A stretch of DNA of 64,000 nt, from positions 1,583 to 65,582 of the forward strand of contig DATEFT010000635.1 in the NCBI GenBank assembly GCA_035280505.1, given 5' to 3'. This DNA is from Blastocatellia bacterium (lineage in GTDB: Bacteria > Acidobacteriota > Blastocatellia > RBC074). The notes beneath the pieces were generated by a model, which saw only the letters and a list, made by a program, of their open reading frames with translations, was not told the origin of the DNA and did no database searches. This document shows, in pieces, positions 46,820 to 58,100 of the stretch (positions are counted from its first letter, which is position 1; the number at the start of each line of letters is the position of its first letter). The translations under genes were made by a program, and so were the position numbers.

Positions 46820-48236
46820 GACAAAACTTGAAAAAAAATTGGGGGCCAGTCTTCAGAGATTGGGAATCGACGCTGATTCGACGGTCGTGATCGCCGTCTC
46901 GGGAGGCGCCGACTCGACCGCCCTCTTCGATGCGCTCGTCCGCTCGCGCGAGCAGACCGGGATTCCGAAACAGATCTTCGCCGCTCACCTCAACCATCAG
47001 CTCCGGGGCGCGGAGTCGGATGAAGACGAGCGATTCGTGGCTGACCTGGCCGCTCGATCCGCGCTCACCTGCGCGATCGAGCGAATCGATCTGGCCGATC
47101 AGCTCCGCCGGGAGCCTCGGAACCTCGAAGCCACGGCGCGACGGCTGCGTTACGATTTCCTGCGGCGAGTCGCCGAGCAGCAAGGGGCGGAGATGGTGTT
47201 GACGGCGCATACCCGCGACGATCAGGTCGAGACCGTCCTGATGCGCTGGTTGCGAGGCAGCGGACCGCCGGGACTCCGCGGGATTCACGCGATCAGACCG
47301 CTCAGCGAACAGGTGCACCTGATCCGGCCCATGCTCGGCATCACTCGCGACGAGGTGATCCGGCATTGCCGACACTACGAACTCGCTTTCTGCACCGACA
47401 GTTCAAACTTCTCCCTCGACTTCACGCGCAACCGCGTGCGCCACGAACTCCTGCCGTTGTTACGGGACTTCAATCCGCGGATCGATCTGGCCCTGCTCCA
47501 GACCTCGGAACTGATCACGGAGGATGAAGACTATCTGCACCAGCTCGCCTCGGAGTTCTACACCAAAATCAGCGACGGCAACAAGCTCGAGATCGAACCG
47601 CTCAAAAACCTCCACCCGGCGATTCGGCGGCGCATCATTCGCCGGTGGCTGAACGAGATCCGGGGCGGCCTGCAACGGATCGATTCAATACATCTATTTG
47701 CCATTGAACAGCTTATGGTCCGCCAGCAGAGCGGGCGCACGATCGAACTGCCGGGCGGCTGGCTGGTCCTCCGGGAATTCGACCGGCTGCGGCTCTCCCG
47801 CTCGCAAGTTAATGAACCTAAAGCCCTTCAGATTAATTTTCCGCAAGATCAAAAACATTATTTTGGCCCCTTCCTCTTGACTTTACGAAGAAATGTTCCA
47901 CGTGAAAGCTTGATGGATGCACAACCTAGCGGCATGGAATCGTACAGCGCCCGGCTGCGCGAAAGCAAAGAGCTGAGTGATTTGAAGTTACGGACACGGC
48001 GCCAGGGCGACGCCTATGTCCCGGCGGGCAAGCGCCATCCGATGAAATTGAAGACTCTGATGATTCGCCACCAGGTCCCTCTTTCGCAGCGCGACGAGTA
48101 TCCGGTGCTGGTGACCGGAGACGACCGGATCGTCTGGTCGCCCGGGCTGCCTATTGCGAGGGAGTTTGCGGCATCCGAGTTTGAGAACGAGGCGTGTTGC
48201 GCGTTGGTGACGGCGGAAAAGTTGAACACGAAATGA
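46818..48236 (+). CDS. tilS: tRNA(Ile)-lysidine synthetase
   Basis: Start set at ATG 46818 (MTKLEKKLG...VVIAVSGGADSTAL PP-loop). The upstream part of the ORF-track entry at 46569 is antisense to the lipoprotein gene. Confidence 0.88.
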   Translation: MTKLEKKLGASLQRLGIDADSTVVIAVSGGADSTALFDALVRSREQTGIPKQIFAAHLNHQLRGAESDEDERFVADLAARSALTCAIERIDLADQLRREPRNLEATARRLRYDFLRRVAEQQGAEMVLTAHTRDDQVETVLMRWLRGSGPPGLRGIHAIRPLSEQVHLIRPMLGITRDEVIRHCRHYELAFCTDSSNFSLDFTRNRVRHELLPLLRDFNPRIDLALLQTSELITEDEDYLHQLASEFYTKISDGNKLEIEPLKNLHPAIRRRIIRRWLNEIRGGLQRIDSIHLFAIEQLMVRQQSGRTIELPGGWLVLREFDRLRLSRSQVNEPKALQINFPQDQKHYFGPFLLTLRRNVPRESLMDAQPSGMESYSARLRESKELSDLKLRTRRQGDAYVPAGKRHPMKLKTLMIRHQVPLSQRDEYPVLVTGDDRIVWSPGLPIAREFAASEFENEACCALVTAEKLNTK

Positions 48237-48475
48237 GCGAAAAATTTTTCGATAAAAATATTTCGCGAGCGCTCTAGACTTTTTTGAGCCTCCTGGTCGC
48301 GGTCGGATCATTCGCGAGATGATCATCGGGAAGAACCCGGCGCGCTGAGTGATGGGGATAATGTTGAAACCGCGCCGGAAGGCCTCTCGTCAACAACTTT
48401 GTTGAGAAAGGGGGGCGCGAAATTTGTTGAAATAGGCTAGAATGTGTGGGTAGGTTTTCAACGGAGGTAAACATT

Positions 48476-50392
48476 TTGAACTCGACAATCAGACAAGTGA
48501 TCCTATGGGTGGTAATCATCGGTGGGGTGATTTTACTCTACCGTTTCTTCCACAACCCCAGTGTCAATCAGCCGTTATCGCTCTCCTACTCCGATTTGCT
48601 GGAAAAAGTCGAAAGCAAGGGGGTGAAGACGGCGACGATCGAGAGAGAAAAGATCTACGGTAAGTTGAGCAACGAGCAGAACTATACGACCAAACTCGGT
48701 AACGACTTTGTCGCTCGCGATCTGGCCGATGCGATGAAGAGGAACGGAGTGAAAGTCGATTTCGATCCGTCATCGAGCAGCGGCCTCTGGGCCAACATGC
48801 TGGTGATGTATGCACCATTCATCCTGATCATCGCGTTCTGGATATTCATGCTTCGGCAGATGCAATCCGGCGGCAACAAAGCGTTGTCCTTCGGCAAGAG
48901 CCGCGCGAAGCTCCTCTCCAATCAACAGAAGCGCGTCACCTTCAAGGATGTGGCCGGTGTTGAAGAAGCGAAGGAAGAGTTACAAGAGATTATTGAGTTC
49001 CTCAAAGAGCCTCAGAAGTTTCAGAAGTTGGGTGGGCGAATTCCGAAAGGCGTCCTGATGATGGGCCCTCCGGGCACCGGCAAGACGCTGCTGGCGCGAG
49101 CCATTGCGGGCGAGGCGAACGTTCCGTTCTTCTCGATCTCCGGCTCCGATTTTGTCGAGATGTTCGTCGGAGTGGGAGCCAGCCGGGTTCGTGACCTGTT
49201 CGAGCAGGGCAAGAAGAATGCGCCCTGCATCATCTTCATCGACGAGATCGATGCCGTCGGCCGCCATCGAGGGGCCGGTCTGGGCGGCGGTCACGATGAA
49301 CGCGAACAGACGCTCAACCAACTGCTCGTCGAGATGGACGGATTTGAGTCCAACGACGGCGTGATTTTGATTGCCTCCACCAACCGTCCCGACGTCCTGG
49401 ATCCGGCCTTGTTGCGGCCCGGCCGCTTCGATCGGCGGGTCATCGTCAACCGTCCGGACGTCAAGGGCCGCGAAGGTATTCTGGCCGTTCATACCCGCAA
49501 GATTCCGCTCAGCGAAGATGTCGACATCTCCGTGATCGCGCGCGGAACTCCGGGATTCACGGGAGCGGACCTCGCCAACCTGGTCAACGAAGCGGCGCTC
49601 AACGCCGCCCGTTACAACAAGAAGGTCGTTTCGATGCACGACTTCGAGTGGGCCAAAGACAAGGTCCTGATGGGCTCGGAGCGTAAATCGGCGGTCATGT
49701 CCGAAGAGGAGAAGACCACCACGGCCTATCACGAAGCGGGTCACACGGTGGTCGGCCTGAAGGTCCCGAACGCGGATCCGGTTCACAAAGTGACCATCAT
49801 TCCGCGCGGGATGGCGCTCGGTCTGACGCAGCAACTGCCCGAAGGAGATCGATATACCCACACCCGTGAGTACATCGAGGGCTCGATCGCCATCCTGATG
49901 GGCGGACGTTTGGCCGAAGAGATCTTCCTGGGCAAGATCACGACCGGAGCTTCAAACGATATCGAACGGGCCACTGAACTGGCCCGGCGGATGGTTTGTG
50001 AATTCGGGATGTCGAATCTGGGTCCGCTGACCTTCGGCAAGAAGGAAGAGCAGATCTTCCTGGGCCGCGAGATCGCTCAGCATCAGGACTACAGCGAGGA
50101 CACGGCGATCAAGATCGATCAGGAGGTCAAACGGATCGTGATCGAGCAGTACGAACGCGCCCGTCAGATCATCCTCGATCATCGCGACGCTCTCGACCGC
50201 CTGGCTCAGGCCCTGCTGTCGCTGGAGACGCTCGATTCCGTTCAAATTCGGCGAGTGGTGGCCGGACTTCCGCTGGACGATGATACTCCGGCGCCCAAGA
50301 TCCACACCGATAAGGATAAGCCCGCCGATAAGGAACCGATGTTGAAACCGATTCTGCCGCCGATTACGGGCGGTAATCCTGCACCGGCCTAA
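48476..50392 (+). CDS. ftsH: ATP-dependent zinc metalloprotease FtsH
   Basis: TTG start at 48476, 8 nt after GGAGG (48463..48467); the ORF-track GTG at 48446 is the alternative. Two TM helices, Walker [18 protein letters not shown] region, HEAGH. Confidence 0.95.
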   Translation: MNSTIRQVILWVVIIGGVILLYRFFHNPSVNQPLSLSYSDLLEKVESKGVKTATIEREKIYGKLSNEQNYTTKLGNDFVARDLADAMKRNGVKVDFDPSSSSGLWANMLVMYAPFILIIAFWIFMLRQMQSGGNKALSFGKSRAKLLSNQQKRVTFKDVAGVEEAKEELQEIIEFLKEPQKFQKLGGRIPKGVLMMGPPGTGKTLLARAIAGEANVPFFSISGSDFVEMFVGVGASRVRDLFEQGKKNAPCIIFIDEIDAVGRHRGAGLGGGHDEREQTLNQLLVEMDGFESNDGVILIASTNRPDVLDPALLRPGRFDRRVIVNRPDVKGREGILAVHTRKIPLSEDVDISVIARGTPGFTGADLANLVNEAALNAARYNKKVVSMHDFEWAKDKVLMGSERKSAVMSEEEKTTTAYHEAGHTVVGLKVPNADPVHKVTIIPRGMALGLTQQLPEGDRYTHTREYIEGSIAILMGGRLAEEIFLGKITTGASNDIERATELARRMVCEFGMSNLGPLTFGKKEEQIFLGREIAQHQDYSEDTAIKIDQEVKRIVIEQYERARQIILDHRDALDRLAQALLSLETLDSVQIRRVVAGLPLDDDTPAPKIHTDKDKPADKEPMLKPILPPITGGNPAPA

Positions 50393-50413
50393 GCTCGATT
50401 AGGCCGCAATCCG

Positions 50414-50459
50414 GACCGCGAAAGACGCCGACGACGGCATTTTTCGCGGTCTTTTTTTT
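50414..50459 (+). terminator. Rho-independent terminator of ftsH (family-A stem base)
   Basis: GACCGCGAAA (50414..50423) pairs with TTTCGCGGTC (50442..50451), then T8 (50452..50459). An inner GCCG/CGGC stem is also present. Confidence 0.85.
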
Positions 50460-50460
50460 G

Positions 50461-51666
50461 TCACGCCAACATCAGATCTGCCGCAATCGGGTCATGATCC
50501 GAGATCTGCCCGCCCTGCCCGTTCTTCAATCCCGGGATACTTTGCGGTCTCCGGCTGGCCTGGCCGCTCACCGAGTCCACGATCTCGTCCTGGCCCAGCG
50601 GCCTGACTCTGCGGCCGACGATCCAATCGAGGCGAAAATCGAGATGGTAGTCGAACCGCGCCATCCGGGACTCGAAAGCATCGGCCAGAAATCTCGGCAA
50701 GGCCGAACGGTCCTCGAACCCACGCATCGGCACGATGCAGGTGGTCGCCGGGCAATTGAACCCCTGCTCGGTGAATCCGTGACGGCGGAGAACGTCGAAC
50801 AACGGTTCCTGGAGTTGCGGATTGGCAAAGAGGTGGGTCAAACGATCCTTGTCGGCGAATGAGAGCCGCAAGGCGGCACGCAAGGTGCGCCACCAGCCGC
50901 CCCGTGGAGTGGCGTTGGTGTTGAAATCTCCGGCAATGACGGCGGCCTCCTGGCCGTGCAGGGCCTCGACCAGCGCCTGGATCTGCCGGGCCCGGCACCC
51001 GGGTTTATTCCGGACCTCCAGATGGGTGCTGGCAAAGGCCAGCGTCCCGCCCCCCACCGAGATCTCGGCGGCGACCGCCTGCCGCGCGCCGATACGTTGC
51101 TCCTGATGCGCGAAATGATCGAAACAGACCGGGAGTTTGAGAATCCGCGGATTGCGAAGCTCATAACGCGAGAGGATGGCGTTTCCCTGGAGCGCGATCG
51201 TATTTTCGCCCGGAATCTTCAAATCCTCGCCATAGCCTTTCGAGAACTCCAGATAGGCCGGCGCAAACAGGCAGTGCATGCCGAGGGCGGCGCCCAGTTC
51301 GCGGGCGATAAACCGCTGCCCCGAGCGGTTCATCCCGACGTCGGCTTCATTGAGCGAGATCAGGTCGGCTTCGCGCAGAATCGGATGCCGGCGAAAGACC
51401 TCGATGATCTCGTCCAGATATCGCCCTTTCTCGATGTTCCAATGGGCGAGGCGGACGAAATCACGGATCCGCGGGCGCGCCTCGGGAACCGGGAAGAGCC
51501 TCGGCTGTTCCAGGAGGTCGGCCAGATATTCACGATGACGCCGATAGGCCGCCGATTCCTGCAGTTCGCCCAGGGTCTTGAAGCCCCTCAACTCGGCAAT
51601 CAGGGCCTGATGGTCGGTGTATTCAGTCGACATGGGACGGCCCCTATTTTCGGTGCGACCTGGCAT
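50461..51666 (-). CDS. Endonuclease/exonuclease/phosphatase (EEP) family protein
   Basis: 401 aa. [16 protein letters not shown]-terminal ISDHDPI. An alternative ATG at 51633 would remove the overlap with the upstream gene. Confidence 0.7.
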   Translation of the reverse strand: MPGRTENRGRPMSTEYTDHQALIAELRGFKTLGELQESAAYRRHREYLADLLEQPRLFPVPEARPRIRDFVRLAHWNIEKGRYLDEIIEVFRRHPILREADLISLNEADVGMNRSGQRFIARELGAALGMHCLFAPAYLEFSKGYGEDLKIPGENTIALQGNAILSRYELRNPRILKLPVCFDHFAHQEQRIGARQAVAAEISVGGGTLAFASTHLEVRNKPGCRARQIQALVEALHGQEAAVIAGDFNTNATPRGGWWRTLRAALRLSFADKDRLTHLFANPQLQEPLFDVLRRHGFTEQGFNCPATTCIVPMRGFEDRSALPRFLADAFESRMARFDYHLDFRLDWIVGRRVRPLGQDEIVDSVSGQASRRPQSIPGLKNGQGGQISDHDPIAADLMLA

Positions 51667-52738
51667 ATTCGGTCTGCAGCAGATTCATCATCTCGCCGCG
51701 TCGATCGTACAGACGCTTCAACTGGCGCGGCGCGCGCTTCGCCAGGGCGTAGGCGGTGATCAAGGGCAAGGCCACCGTCGAGTCGAGATAGCAGACGACC
51801 GTGCCCGGCAACTGGTCGGGATCGATCTTCCCCCAACTGACGGCCTCGCTCGGAGTGGCCCCCGACAACCCGCCGGTATCCGGGCGCGCGTCCGTCAACT
51901 GCAGAAAATAGTCGTGCCCCTTCTCTTCGATTCCGAGCACCTCCTGAATCTGGGGTTCGGTCTGGAGGGCGAAATTTTTGGGGCTGCCGCCGCCGCAGAT
52001 GAAAATCCCCGATTTTCCGCCCGTGCGTTTGGCGTTGAGAACGATCGCCGCCGTCTCGTTCACGTCCGCCGAAGGATTGAGCCGGAGCTTTCCTCCCTGC
52101 AACTCCATCGCCGCCACGTTCATCCCGATCGAACTATCGCCGGGCGACGAGGTGTAGACCGGGACCCCGTAATGATAGGCCGCGGCCAGCAAGGATTGAC
52201 TCTTCAGACCGAGCACGCGCTCGCGCTCGGCGATATATTTGCCGCAGAGATAGTGGAATTCGGCGGTTGACATCTCATGCTGGAACTCCTCGGCCCGGAT
52301 GATCTCCCGAAAAAAGGCATCGGTCGAGAGCAGAACTTCATAATCGAAGAAGATGTCGTAGATCCGGACCACCCCCTCTTCGCGCAGCACGACATCGCTG
52401 ATCTGGTGGCTGCCGCGATGCATCGAGAGGCCCAGTCCGAAATGCGCATCGTGATAGAGATTGGCGCCGGTCGAGATGATCCAGTCGACGAATCCCGCCT
52501 CGATCAAGGGAATGAGGACCGAGATGCCCAATCCGGCCGGAGTCAAAGCGCCGGTGAGCGTGAGCCCGACCGTCACCTCATCCTGCAGCATCCGGTCGCT
52601 GAACAGTTGGGCGCCTTCGCGCAACCGCCCGGCGTTATAAGCCTGAAAATTGCTTTCGATCAATTGCACGACCGTCGTCTCTTTGGTGATCGGCGTCGGA
52701 GCAATGCGGCGGCCTTGCAAATACTTGCTCTGATTCAT
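51644..52738 (-). CDS. Deoxyhypusine synthase-like (homospermidine synthase-like) protein
   Basis: 364 aa. [47 protein letters not shown]. Family call from memory of DHS motifs. Confidence 0.65.
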   Translation of the reverse strand: MNQSKYLQGRRIAPTPITKETTVVQLIESNFQAYNAGRLREGAQLFSDRMLQDEVTVGLTLTGALTPAGLGISVLIPLIEAGFVDWIISTGANLYHDAHFGLGLSMHRGSHQISDVVLREEGVVRIYDIFFDYEVLLSTDAFFREIIRAEEFQHEMSTAEFHYLCGKYIAERERVLGLKSQSLLAAAYHYGVPVYTSSPGDSSIGMNVAAMELQGGKLRLNPSADVNETAAIVLNAKRTGGKSGIFICGGGSPKNFALQTEPQIQEVLGIEEKGHDYFLQLTDARPDTGGLSGATPSEAVSWGKIDPDQLPGTVVCYLDSTVALPLITAYALAKRAPRQLKRLYDRRGEMMNLLQTEYARSHRK

Positions 52739-52987
52739 GAAATTCTCCCAGGTCTGTTAGATGATTGATTAAGGCGCGAGTTTAAGATTTCGAGCCTCGA
52801 AACTCAAACGACCTGCCTCGGAATAGCCGCCGGAGCGGTCACTGACTCGACTTAATTCATTATGATATACTCTTCGCGATTTTCGCCCCTGCATGAAACT
52901 TACAGATTTGACCCGGGTCAAACCAAGAGAGGAGGAGTTTCATCAGATGATCTGGCCAGGCAATACCATCTGATGATCAAAGAGGCT

Positions 52988-54202
52988 ATGAAAAAACTGC
53001 TTGCGACGATAGCCCTGCTGACACTGCTGGGAAGCGCGGTCTTTGCCGATACCCTCTATTTAAAGAACGGCAGCGTCCTCAAAGGAACGTTCATCGGGTA
53101 TGAGAACGGCGAGTTCGTCTTCGAACTCGGCAGCGGCCGCCGGGTTAATTTCCCGGCCGGCGAAGTCTCGCGAGTGGCGCTCGATCGCGATTACTCCGGC
53201 AACAGCGGCGGCGGCAGTGTGGGCAACAGTGGTTCCGACCGTGGCGATTCAGGGAGGCCGATTCTCACCCGCCGCGGGACCGAACGCCGGAGCCCGGATC
53301 CGAGCGATTCTGACAGCGTCGACTCGCTCCCGCCCCCGGAACGGCCGGCCGAACGGCCGGCTGAACGACCGGATCGGAGCGGCAGCGTGCTGTCGCGCGG
53401 CGGCGGCAGATCGTCTTCGTCGCCGGGATCGACCTCTTCGGTGGAAGTGAAGTTGGAAGGCCAGTGGGTCCGTTCCCAGGTGCAGGTCTCGCGCGGTCAG
53501 CGCGTGCGGGTTGACGCCGGCGGAACCATCTACCTCGACGGGCGGACGCCTACCGGCCCCGATGGATTGAGCGGCCGCCGCGATCCCGAGGCCCCGCTGC
53601 CCAATGAGAACGACGGGGCGTTGATCGCCGCGATCGGTCAAGACCCGAACTCTCCATCGATCCTGATTGGACGCTCGAATGAGTTCACGGCGGACCGGGA
53701 CGGAGTGCTCTACTTCACGGTCAATCACTGGGAGACTCAGGGCGCGCGCGGAGCGTTCAACGTCAATGTCTCCGTGAGCCGCGGCAGCGGCCGCAGCGAG
53801 AGTTCCGAAGCCTCCGGACAGCAACAAGGGGCGCGTGAACGCACGATCACCGTCCAGAGCAATCAGCCCTGGACCGATACCGGAATCGATGTCGAACCGA
53901 ATATGACGTTCGAGATTGTGGCTGAGGGCCAGATCGATCTCGGCAACCGCCAGGCCAGCGGCCCGGACGGCAATCGCGATGCGATCGTCAGATCGGCGAA
54001 CTACCCGCTGCCGGGCGAGGGCGTCGGCGCCTTGATCGGCAAGATCCGCTATCGAAACGGCCGCGACTCGAACCTGGTCTTCATCGGTTCCCGCGGAACT
54101 CCCACGACCGAGCAGAACGAATACGGGCGTCTCCTCCTCGGGATCAACGACGACAACCTGCGCGATAATCGCGGCTCGTATACCGTCAGAATCAGATGGT
54201 AG
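52988..54202 (+). CDS. Secreted protein: small N-terminal beta domain, disordered linker, two PA-IL/LecA-like repeats
   Basis: Start set at ATG 52988 ([20 protein letters not shown]). [31 protein letters not shown]-rich linker. Two similar ~115-aa repeats (...GPDG...PLP...GALI..I...IG...G.L...(V/I)N...) ending NVNVSV and YTVRIRW. Confidence 0.5.
   Translation: MKKLLATIALLTLLGSAVFADTLYLKNGSVLKGTFIGYENGEFVFELGSGRRVNFPAGEVSRVALDRDYSGNSGGGSVGNSGSDRGDSGRPILTRRGTERRSPDPSDSDSVDSLPPPERPAERPAERPDRSGSVLSRGGGRSSSSPGSTSSVEVKLEGQWVRSQVQVSRGQRVRVDAGGTIYLDGRTPTGPDGLSGRRDPEAPLPNENDGALIAAIGQDPNSPSILIGRSNEFTADRDGVLYFTVNHWETQGARGAFNVNVSVSRGSGRSESSEASGQQQGARERTITVQSNQPWTDTGIDVEPNMTFEIVAEGQIDLGNRQASGPDGNRDAIVRSANYPLPGEGVGALIGKIRYRNGRDSNLVFIGSRGTPTTEQNEYGRLLLGINDDNLRDNRGSYTVRIRW
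53339..53374. repeat. 12-bp tandem repeat x3 in the linker
   Basis: GAACGGCCGGCC GAACGGCCGGCT GAACGACCGGAT, encoding [12 protein letters not shown]. Confidence 0.85.
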
Positions 54203-54227
54203 TGAGGAAAGCCTGGAGACCTTTCGA

Positions 54228-54273
54228 AACCGCGAAAGACGCGAAAATCACTAAATTCGCGTCTTTCGCGGTT
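54228..54273. terminator. Family-A hairpin between convergent genes
   Basis: AACCGCGAAAGACGCGAA (54228..54245) pairs with TTCGCGTCTTTCGCGGTT (54256..54273): perfect 18-bp stem, 10-nt loop. Confidence 0.75.
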
Positions 54274-54299
54274 GATCAACCGATCTTCTCGACCAGATC

Positions 54300-55253
54300 T
54301 TAACTCACCGCGGACTCATCAATCCTCAATCTGGCCTGATCGATCTCGAGCGTGGCCCTGACTCCGAGGGGCAGGGTCAGGTTGCCGTGCGGGCTGTGGC
54401 CGCTGGGCATGCCGAAGAGCACCGGCACCCTCAAATCGGCGGTACATTCGGCCAGGACGTCCTGAATGCGATAGCCCTGATCGGCATGTTGGATGCAATC
54501 CAGCATCTCGCCAAAGACGATCCCGCGAACTTCCGTGAACTTTCCGGCCCATCTCAGTTGTTGCAGCATCCGATCGATGGCGAAGGGTTTGGTCCCGGTG
54601 TCTTCGAGAAAGAGGATCGAGTCCCGGGTCTCGAGTTCATCGGGCGTGCCCATCAAGGCGGAGATCAACGAGAGACACCCGCCCAGCAATCGCCCACTCA
54701 CCGGGCGCCCGTCTCCGGCGTGCAAGACTTCGGTCCCGGAGGCCATGATCTCGCCGACGGGCGTGGTTTGCGTGATGGACCGGATCAAGGTTTCACGATC
54801 GTAGTGATCTTCGCCGCCGGCCAGATCCTTGGCGACCATGGGCCCGTGAAAGGTCACCCAGTTGAATCGCCGGTGGAGATAGAGATGCAGGGCCGTCAAA
54901 TCGCTGTATCCGATAAAGATCTTCGGGTTCGAGCGGAGTTCGCGGTCGTCGAGCAGACCGAAGAGCCGCATCATCCCGTATCCGCCGCGCGCGGCCCACA
55001 CGGCTTTGACCTCCGGATCGCGGAAAGCCTCCATCAACTCCCGGGCGCGACGCTCGTCGCTGCCCGCAGTGTACCGGTCTTTCGAGAGAATGCTCTCGGC
55101 AGACTTCACCCGAAAGCCCAGCCGCTCCAGTTCCGCGACGCCGCGCGCCAGATAGTCGGACTTGAGATTGCTCGCCGGAGCGACCACGGCCACCGTCTCG
55201 CCTCTCCGCAGGGCTCCGGGCTTGATGATTTGAGGAATTTGAATTGTCGACAT
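54300..55253 (-). CDS. ldcA: LD-carboxypeptidase (peptidase S66)
   Basis: 317 aa. [26 protein letters not shown] (Ser nucleophile), ...GMPSGHSP. Confidence 0.8.
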   Translation of the reverse strand: MSTIQIPQIIKPGALRRGETVAVVAPASNLKSDYLARGVAELERLGFRVKSAESILSKDRYTAGSDERRARELMEAFRDPEVKAVWAARGGYGMMRLFGLLDDRELRSNPKIFIGYSDLTALHLYLHRRFNWVTFHGPMVAKDLAGGEDHYDRETLIRSITQTTPVGEIMASGTEVLHAGDGRPVSGRLLGGCLSLISALMGTPDELETRDSILFLEDTGTKPFAIDRMLQQLRWAGKFTEVRGIVFGEMLDCIQHADQGYRIQDVLAECTADLRVPVLFGMPSGHSPHGNLTLPLGVRATLEIDQARLRIDESAVS

Positions 55254-55452
55254 ATGTCAAGTCTCGGCAATCGAAGTGGGCGCGGCGCCTGATCACACCC
55301 TCAATCCTTGCATCGGCGCGTGATCATCACCTATGATGCTCTCCATCTCTCATACACACTGGGCCAATTAGCCTCCAGCCAGTGATAAATCTTATTCGAT
55401 TGTAACAGCAAGCTATCGTACTTGCTCTATACTTTTTTGAGGAGAAACCAAA

Positions 55453-56100
55453 GTGGAGATAGTTGATCGTGTGCGGGAACTGGGAATCATTCCCGTCGTC
55501 AGCATACCCAAGCTTGAATATGCGTTGCCGCTCGCTGAAGCCCTGCTCAAAGGAGATTTGCCATGCGCCGAGATTACGTTCCGGACGGCGGCGGCGGCGG
55601 AATCGATCGCGGAGATTCGCGCCAAACATCCGGACTTATTTCTCGGCGCCGGCACCATCCTGACGCCCGAACAGGCGGAAGTCGCGCTCAACGCCGGAGC
55701 GCAGTTCATCGTCTCGCCCGGCACCAATCCGGCGGTGGTCGATTACTGCATCACGCAAGGCGTGACGATCTTTCCCGGCGTCTGCACCCCGACCGAGATC
55801 GAGATCGCGCTGGCCAAGGGCCTCGACGTCCTGAAATTTTTTCCGGCCGAGCAGATGGGCGGCGTGAAGTTCCTGCAGGCGATCTGCGCCCCTTACCGGC
55901 AGGTCCATTTCATTCCGACCGGAGGAATCGATCCTCACAATCTGGGATCCTATCTGGCGCTGCCGCAGGTCATCGCTTGCGGTGGAAGCTGGATGGTCAA
56001 CTCCGAATTGATGAGCACCGGGCAGTTCGACCGAATCCAGGAACTGGCGAAAGAAGCCGTGAGGCTGGTGAAAGAGGAGAGAGAGAAAACCCATGCCTAG
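55453..56100 (+). CDS. eda: 2-dehydro-3-deoxyphosphogluconate / 4-hydroxy-2-oxoglutarate aldolase
   Basis: 215 aa with GTG start after GAGGAG. IIPVV, AEITFRT, LGAGTIL, FIVSPG, LKFFPAE, FIPTGGI. Confidence 0.88.
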   Translation: MEIVDRVRELGIIPVVSIPKLEYALPLAEALLKGDLPCAEITFRTAAAAESIAEIRAKHPDLFLGAGTILTPEQAEVALNAGAQFIVSPGTNPAVVDYCITQGVTIFPGVCTPTEIEIALAKGLDVLKFFPAEQMGGVKFLQAICAPYRQVHFIPTGGIDPHNLGSYLALPQVIACGGSWMVNSELMSTGQFDRIQELAKEAVRLVKEEREKTHA

Positions 56101-57193
56101 CCTGAAGCTCAAATCGAAAGATCAATGCAGGTGGGATCTGGTGGCGCTCGGCGAAGTCATGCTCCGGCTCGATCCGGGCGAGGGGCGCATCCACACCACC
56201 CGCGAGTTCAAAGCCTGGGAGGGCGGCGGCGAATACAATGTGGCGCGTGGACTGAAGAGGTGCTTCGGCCTGGAGACGGCGGTGGTGACGGCGTTCGCCG
56301 ACAATCCGGTCGGCCGGCTGATTCAAGATCTGATCTACCAGGGAGGAGTCGATCAATCGCATGTGAAATGGGTCAAGTACGACGGCGTCGGACGCACGGT
56401 GCGAAACGGCCTCAATTTCACGGAGCGCGGTTTCGGAGTCCGTGCCGCGCTCGGTTGTTCGGATCGCGGGCAGACCGCCGCCTCGCAGCTCAAACCGGGA
56501 GAGATCGACTGGGAACGGATCTTCGGCCGCGAAGGCGCGCGCTGGTTTCATTGCGGCGGCATCTTCTGCGCGCTCTCGGAGACGACGCCCCTGGTGGCCA
56601 CAGAGGCGATGGAAGCCGCCAGACAATACGGAACCGTCATCTCTTACGACCTCAACTATCGAGACTCGCTCTGGAGATCGATCGGCGGTCAGGCGCGGGC
56701 CCGAGAGGTCAATCAGGCGCTGGCGCCGCTGATCGACGTCATGATCGGCAACGAAGAAGACTTTACCGCAGCCCTGGGGTTCAAGGTCGAGGGGTTGGAT
56801 GAACATCTTTCGAACCTGGATCCCGGCAATTTCCGGAAGATGATGGAACGCGCCGTTCAGGAGTATCCGAATTTCCAGGTCGTGGCCACCACGCTCCGCA
56901 ATGCCAAAACCGCCACGATCAACGACTGGAGCGCCGTCTGTTTCCACCAGAACGAACTCTACCAGGCCCCCCTGCGCGAGGATCTGGAGATCTTCGATCG
57001 CGTCGGCGGGGGCGATTCATTCGCCTCGGGGCTGATCTACGGCTTCCTGACCGATCAAGGCGCGCAGCGCGCGATTGAATACGGCGCCGCGCACGGCGCG
57101 CTGGCGATGACCACCCCCGGAGATACCTCCATGGTGACCCTGGCCGAGGTCGAGAGCGTGATGAAGGGCGGCGGCGCGCGCGTCAACAGGTAA
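56093..57193 (+). CDS. kdgK: PfkB-family sugar kinase (2-dehydro-3-deoxygluconokinase-like)
   Basis: 366 aa, overlapping eda by 8 nt. GGGEYNVA and DRVGGGDSFASGLIYG motifs. Confidence 0.75.
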   Translation: MPSLKLKSKDQCRWDLVALGEVMLRLDPGEGRIHTTREFKAWEGGGEYNVARGLKRCFGLETAVVTAFADNPVGRLIQDLIYQGGVDQSHVKWVKYDGVGRTVRNGLNFTERGFGVRAALGCSDRGQTAASQLKPGEIDWERIFGREGARWFHCGGIFCALSETTPLVATEAMEAARQYGTVISYDLNYRDSLWRSIGGQARAREVNQALAPLIDVMIGNEEDFTAALGFKVEGLDEHLSNLDPGNFRKMMERAVQEYPNFQVVATTLRNAKTATINDWSAVCFHQNELYQAPLREDLEIFDRVGGGDSFASGLIYGFLTDQGAQRAIEYGAAHGALAMTTPGDTSMVTLAEVESVMKGGGARVNR

Positions 57194-57194
57194 A

Positions 57195-57323
57195 AGAGAA
57201 GTCCAGAGAAGCCTGGAAAAGTCAAAAATCTATCTCGGAATCGCCCTTTGCGCCGGATAATTTCCAGGCTAAGTATCCGACTTCTCTAGACTTCTCTGGA
57301 CTGTTCCCGACTTCTCTAGACTC
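57195..57323. repeat. Family-B palindromic element
   Basis: Left arm AGAGAAGTCCAGAGAAGCCTGGAAAAGTC (57195..57223). Right arm CCAGGCT...GACTTCTCTAGACTTCTCTGGACTGTTCCCGACTTCTCTAGACTC (57264..57323). Shares GAAAAGTCAAAA with the 25885 copy. Confidence 0.85.
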
Positions 57324-57462
57324 CCCTAATTGTCTGAAATAATTTTTGGCGAATCCGTCATATAAATTACACCGTCTGAGCCAACAGGCTGCTAGGATTA
57401 GTTGCTCAGGAAACAATTATTCCCCTTGAGTGACGGATACCATTAAAAAGAGGAGAACATCG

Positions 57463-57996
57463 ATGATCAAGAAACGATTGATACTTCATCTAACCATTAT
57501 CAGTTTGCTGGGGCTAATTCCGGCATTTGCCGCGCCGGTCGGAGAGTTGCCGGAGGTGGGCAAGGCGGCGCCGGAATTCAGTCTCAAGACCGATGCGGGG
57601 AAGGACGTGAATTTGAAGGATTATCGCGGTAAATGGGTAGTCCTCTACTTCTATCCGAAGGACTTCACTTCCGGGTGCACGGTTCAAGCACGGAATTTCC
57701 AGAAAGACCTGGCGGCATATCAACAGGCCAACGCCGTCATTTTAGGGGTCAGCGTCGACACGGTTGAATCGCACAAAGGGTTCTGCGAAAAAGAGGGATT
57801 GAACTTCACGCTGCTGGCGGATACCGAAACCAAGGTCTCGGCTTCCTACGGTTCGCTGAACGACAACAAGCTCTCCGCGCGCAATACCTTCATCATCGAT
57901 CCGGAAGGAAAAGTGGTCAAGGTCTTCCCGAAGGTCAGCGTGGCGAAGCACAGCGAGGAAGTTCTGGCGGCCCTGGCGGAGTTACAGAAGAAGTAA
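57463..57996 (+). CDS. bcp: Peroxiredoxin (Bcp/thiol peroxidase type), secreted
   Basis: Start set at ATG 57463 after AAGAGGAG. Signal-like MIKKRLILHLTIISLLGLIPAFA. WVVLYFYPKDFTSGCT. Confidence 0.85.
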   Translation: MIKKRLILHLTIISLLGLIPAFAAPVGELPEVGKAAPEFSLKTDAGKDVNLKDYRGKWVVLYFYPKDFTSGCTVQARNFQKDLAAYQQANAVILGVSVDTVESHKGFCEKEGLNFTLLADTETKVSASYGSLNDNKLSARNTFIIDPEGKVVKVFPKVSVAKHSEEVLAALAELQKK

Positions 57997-58100
57997 CCGA
58001 GCCACCGTCGATGGAGTTGCTGTCAAACGAAAGCCCCGGAATAATCGTTCGATTTTCGATTATTCCGGGGCTTTTTCTATCGGCCCCGGTTCACCGAGAG

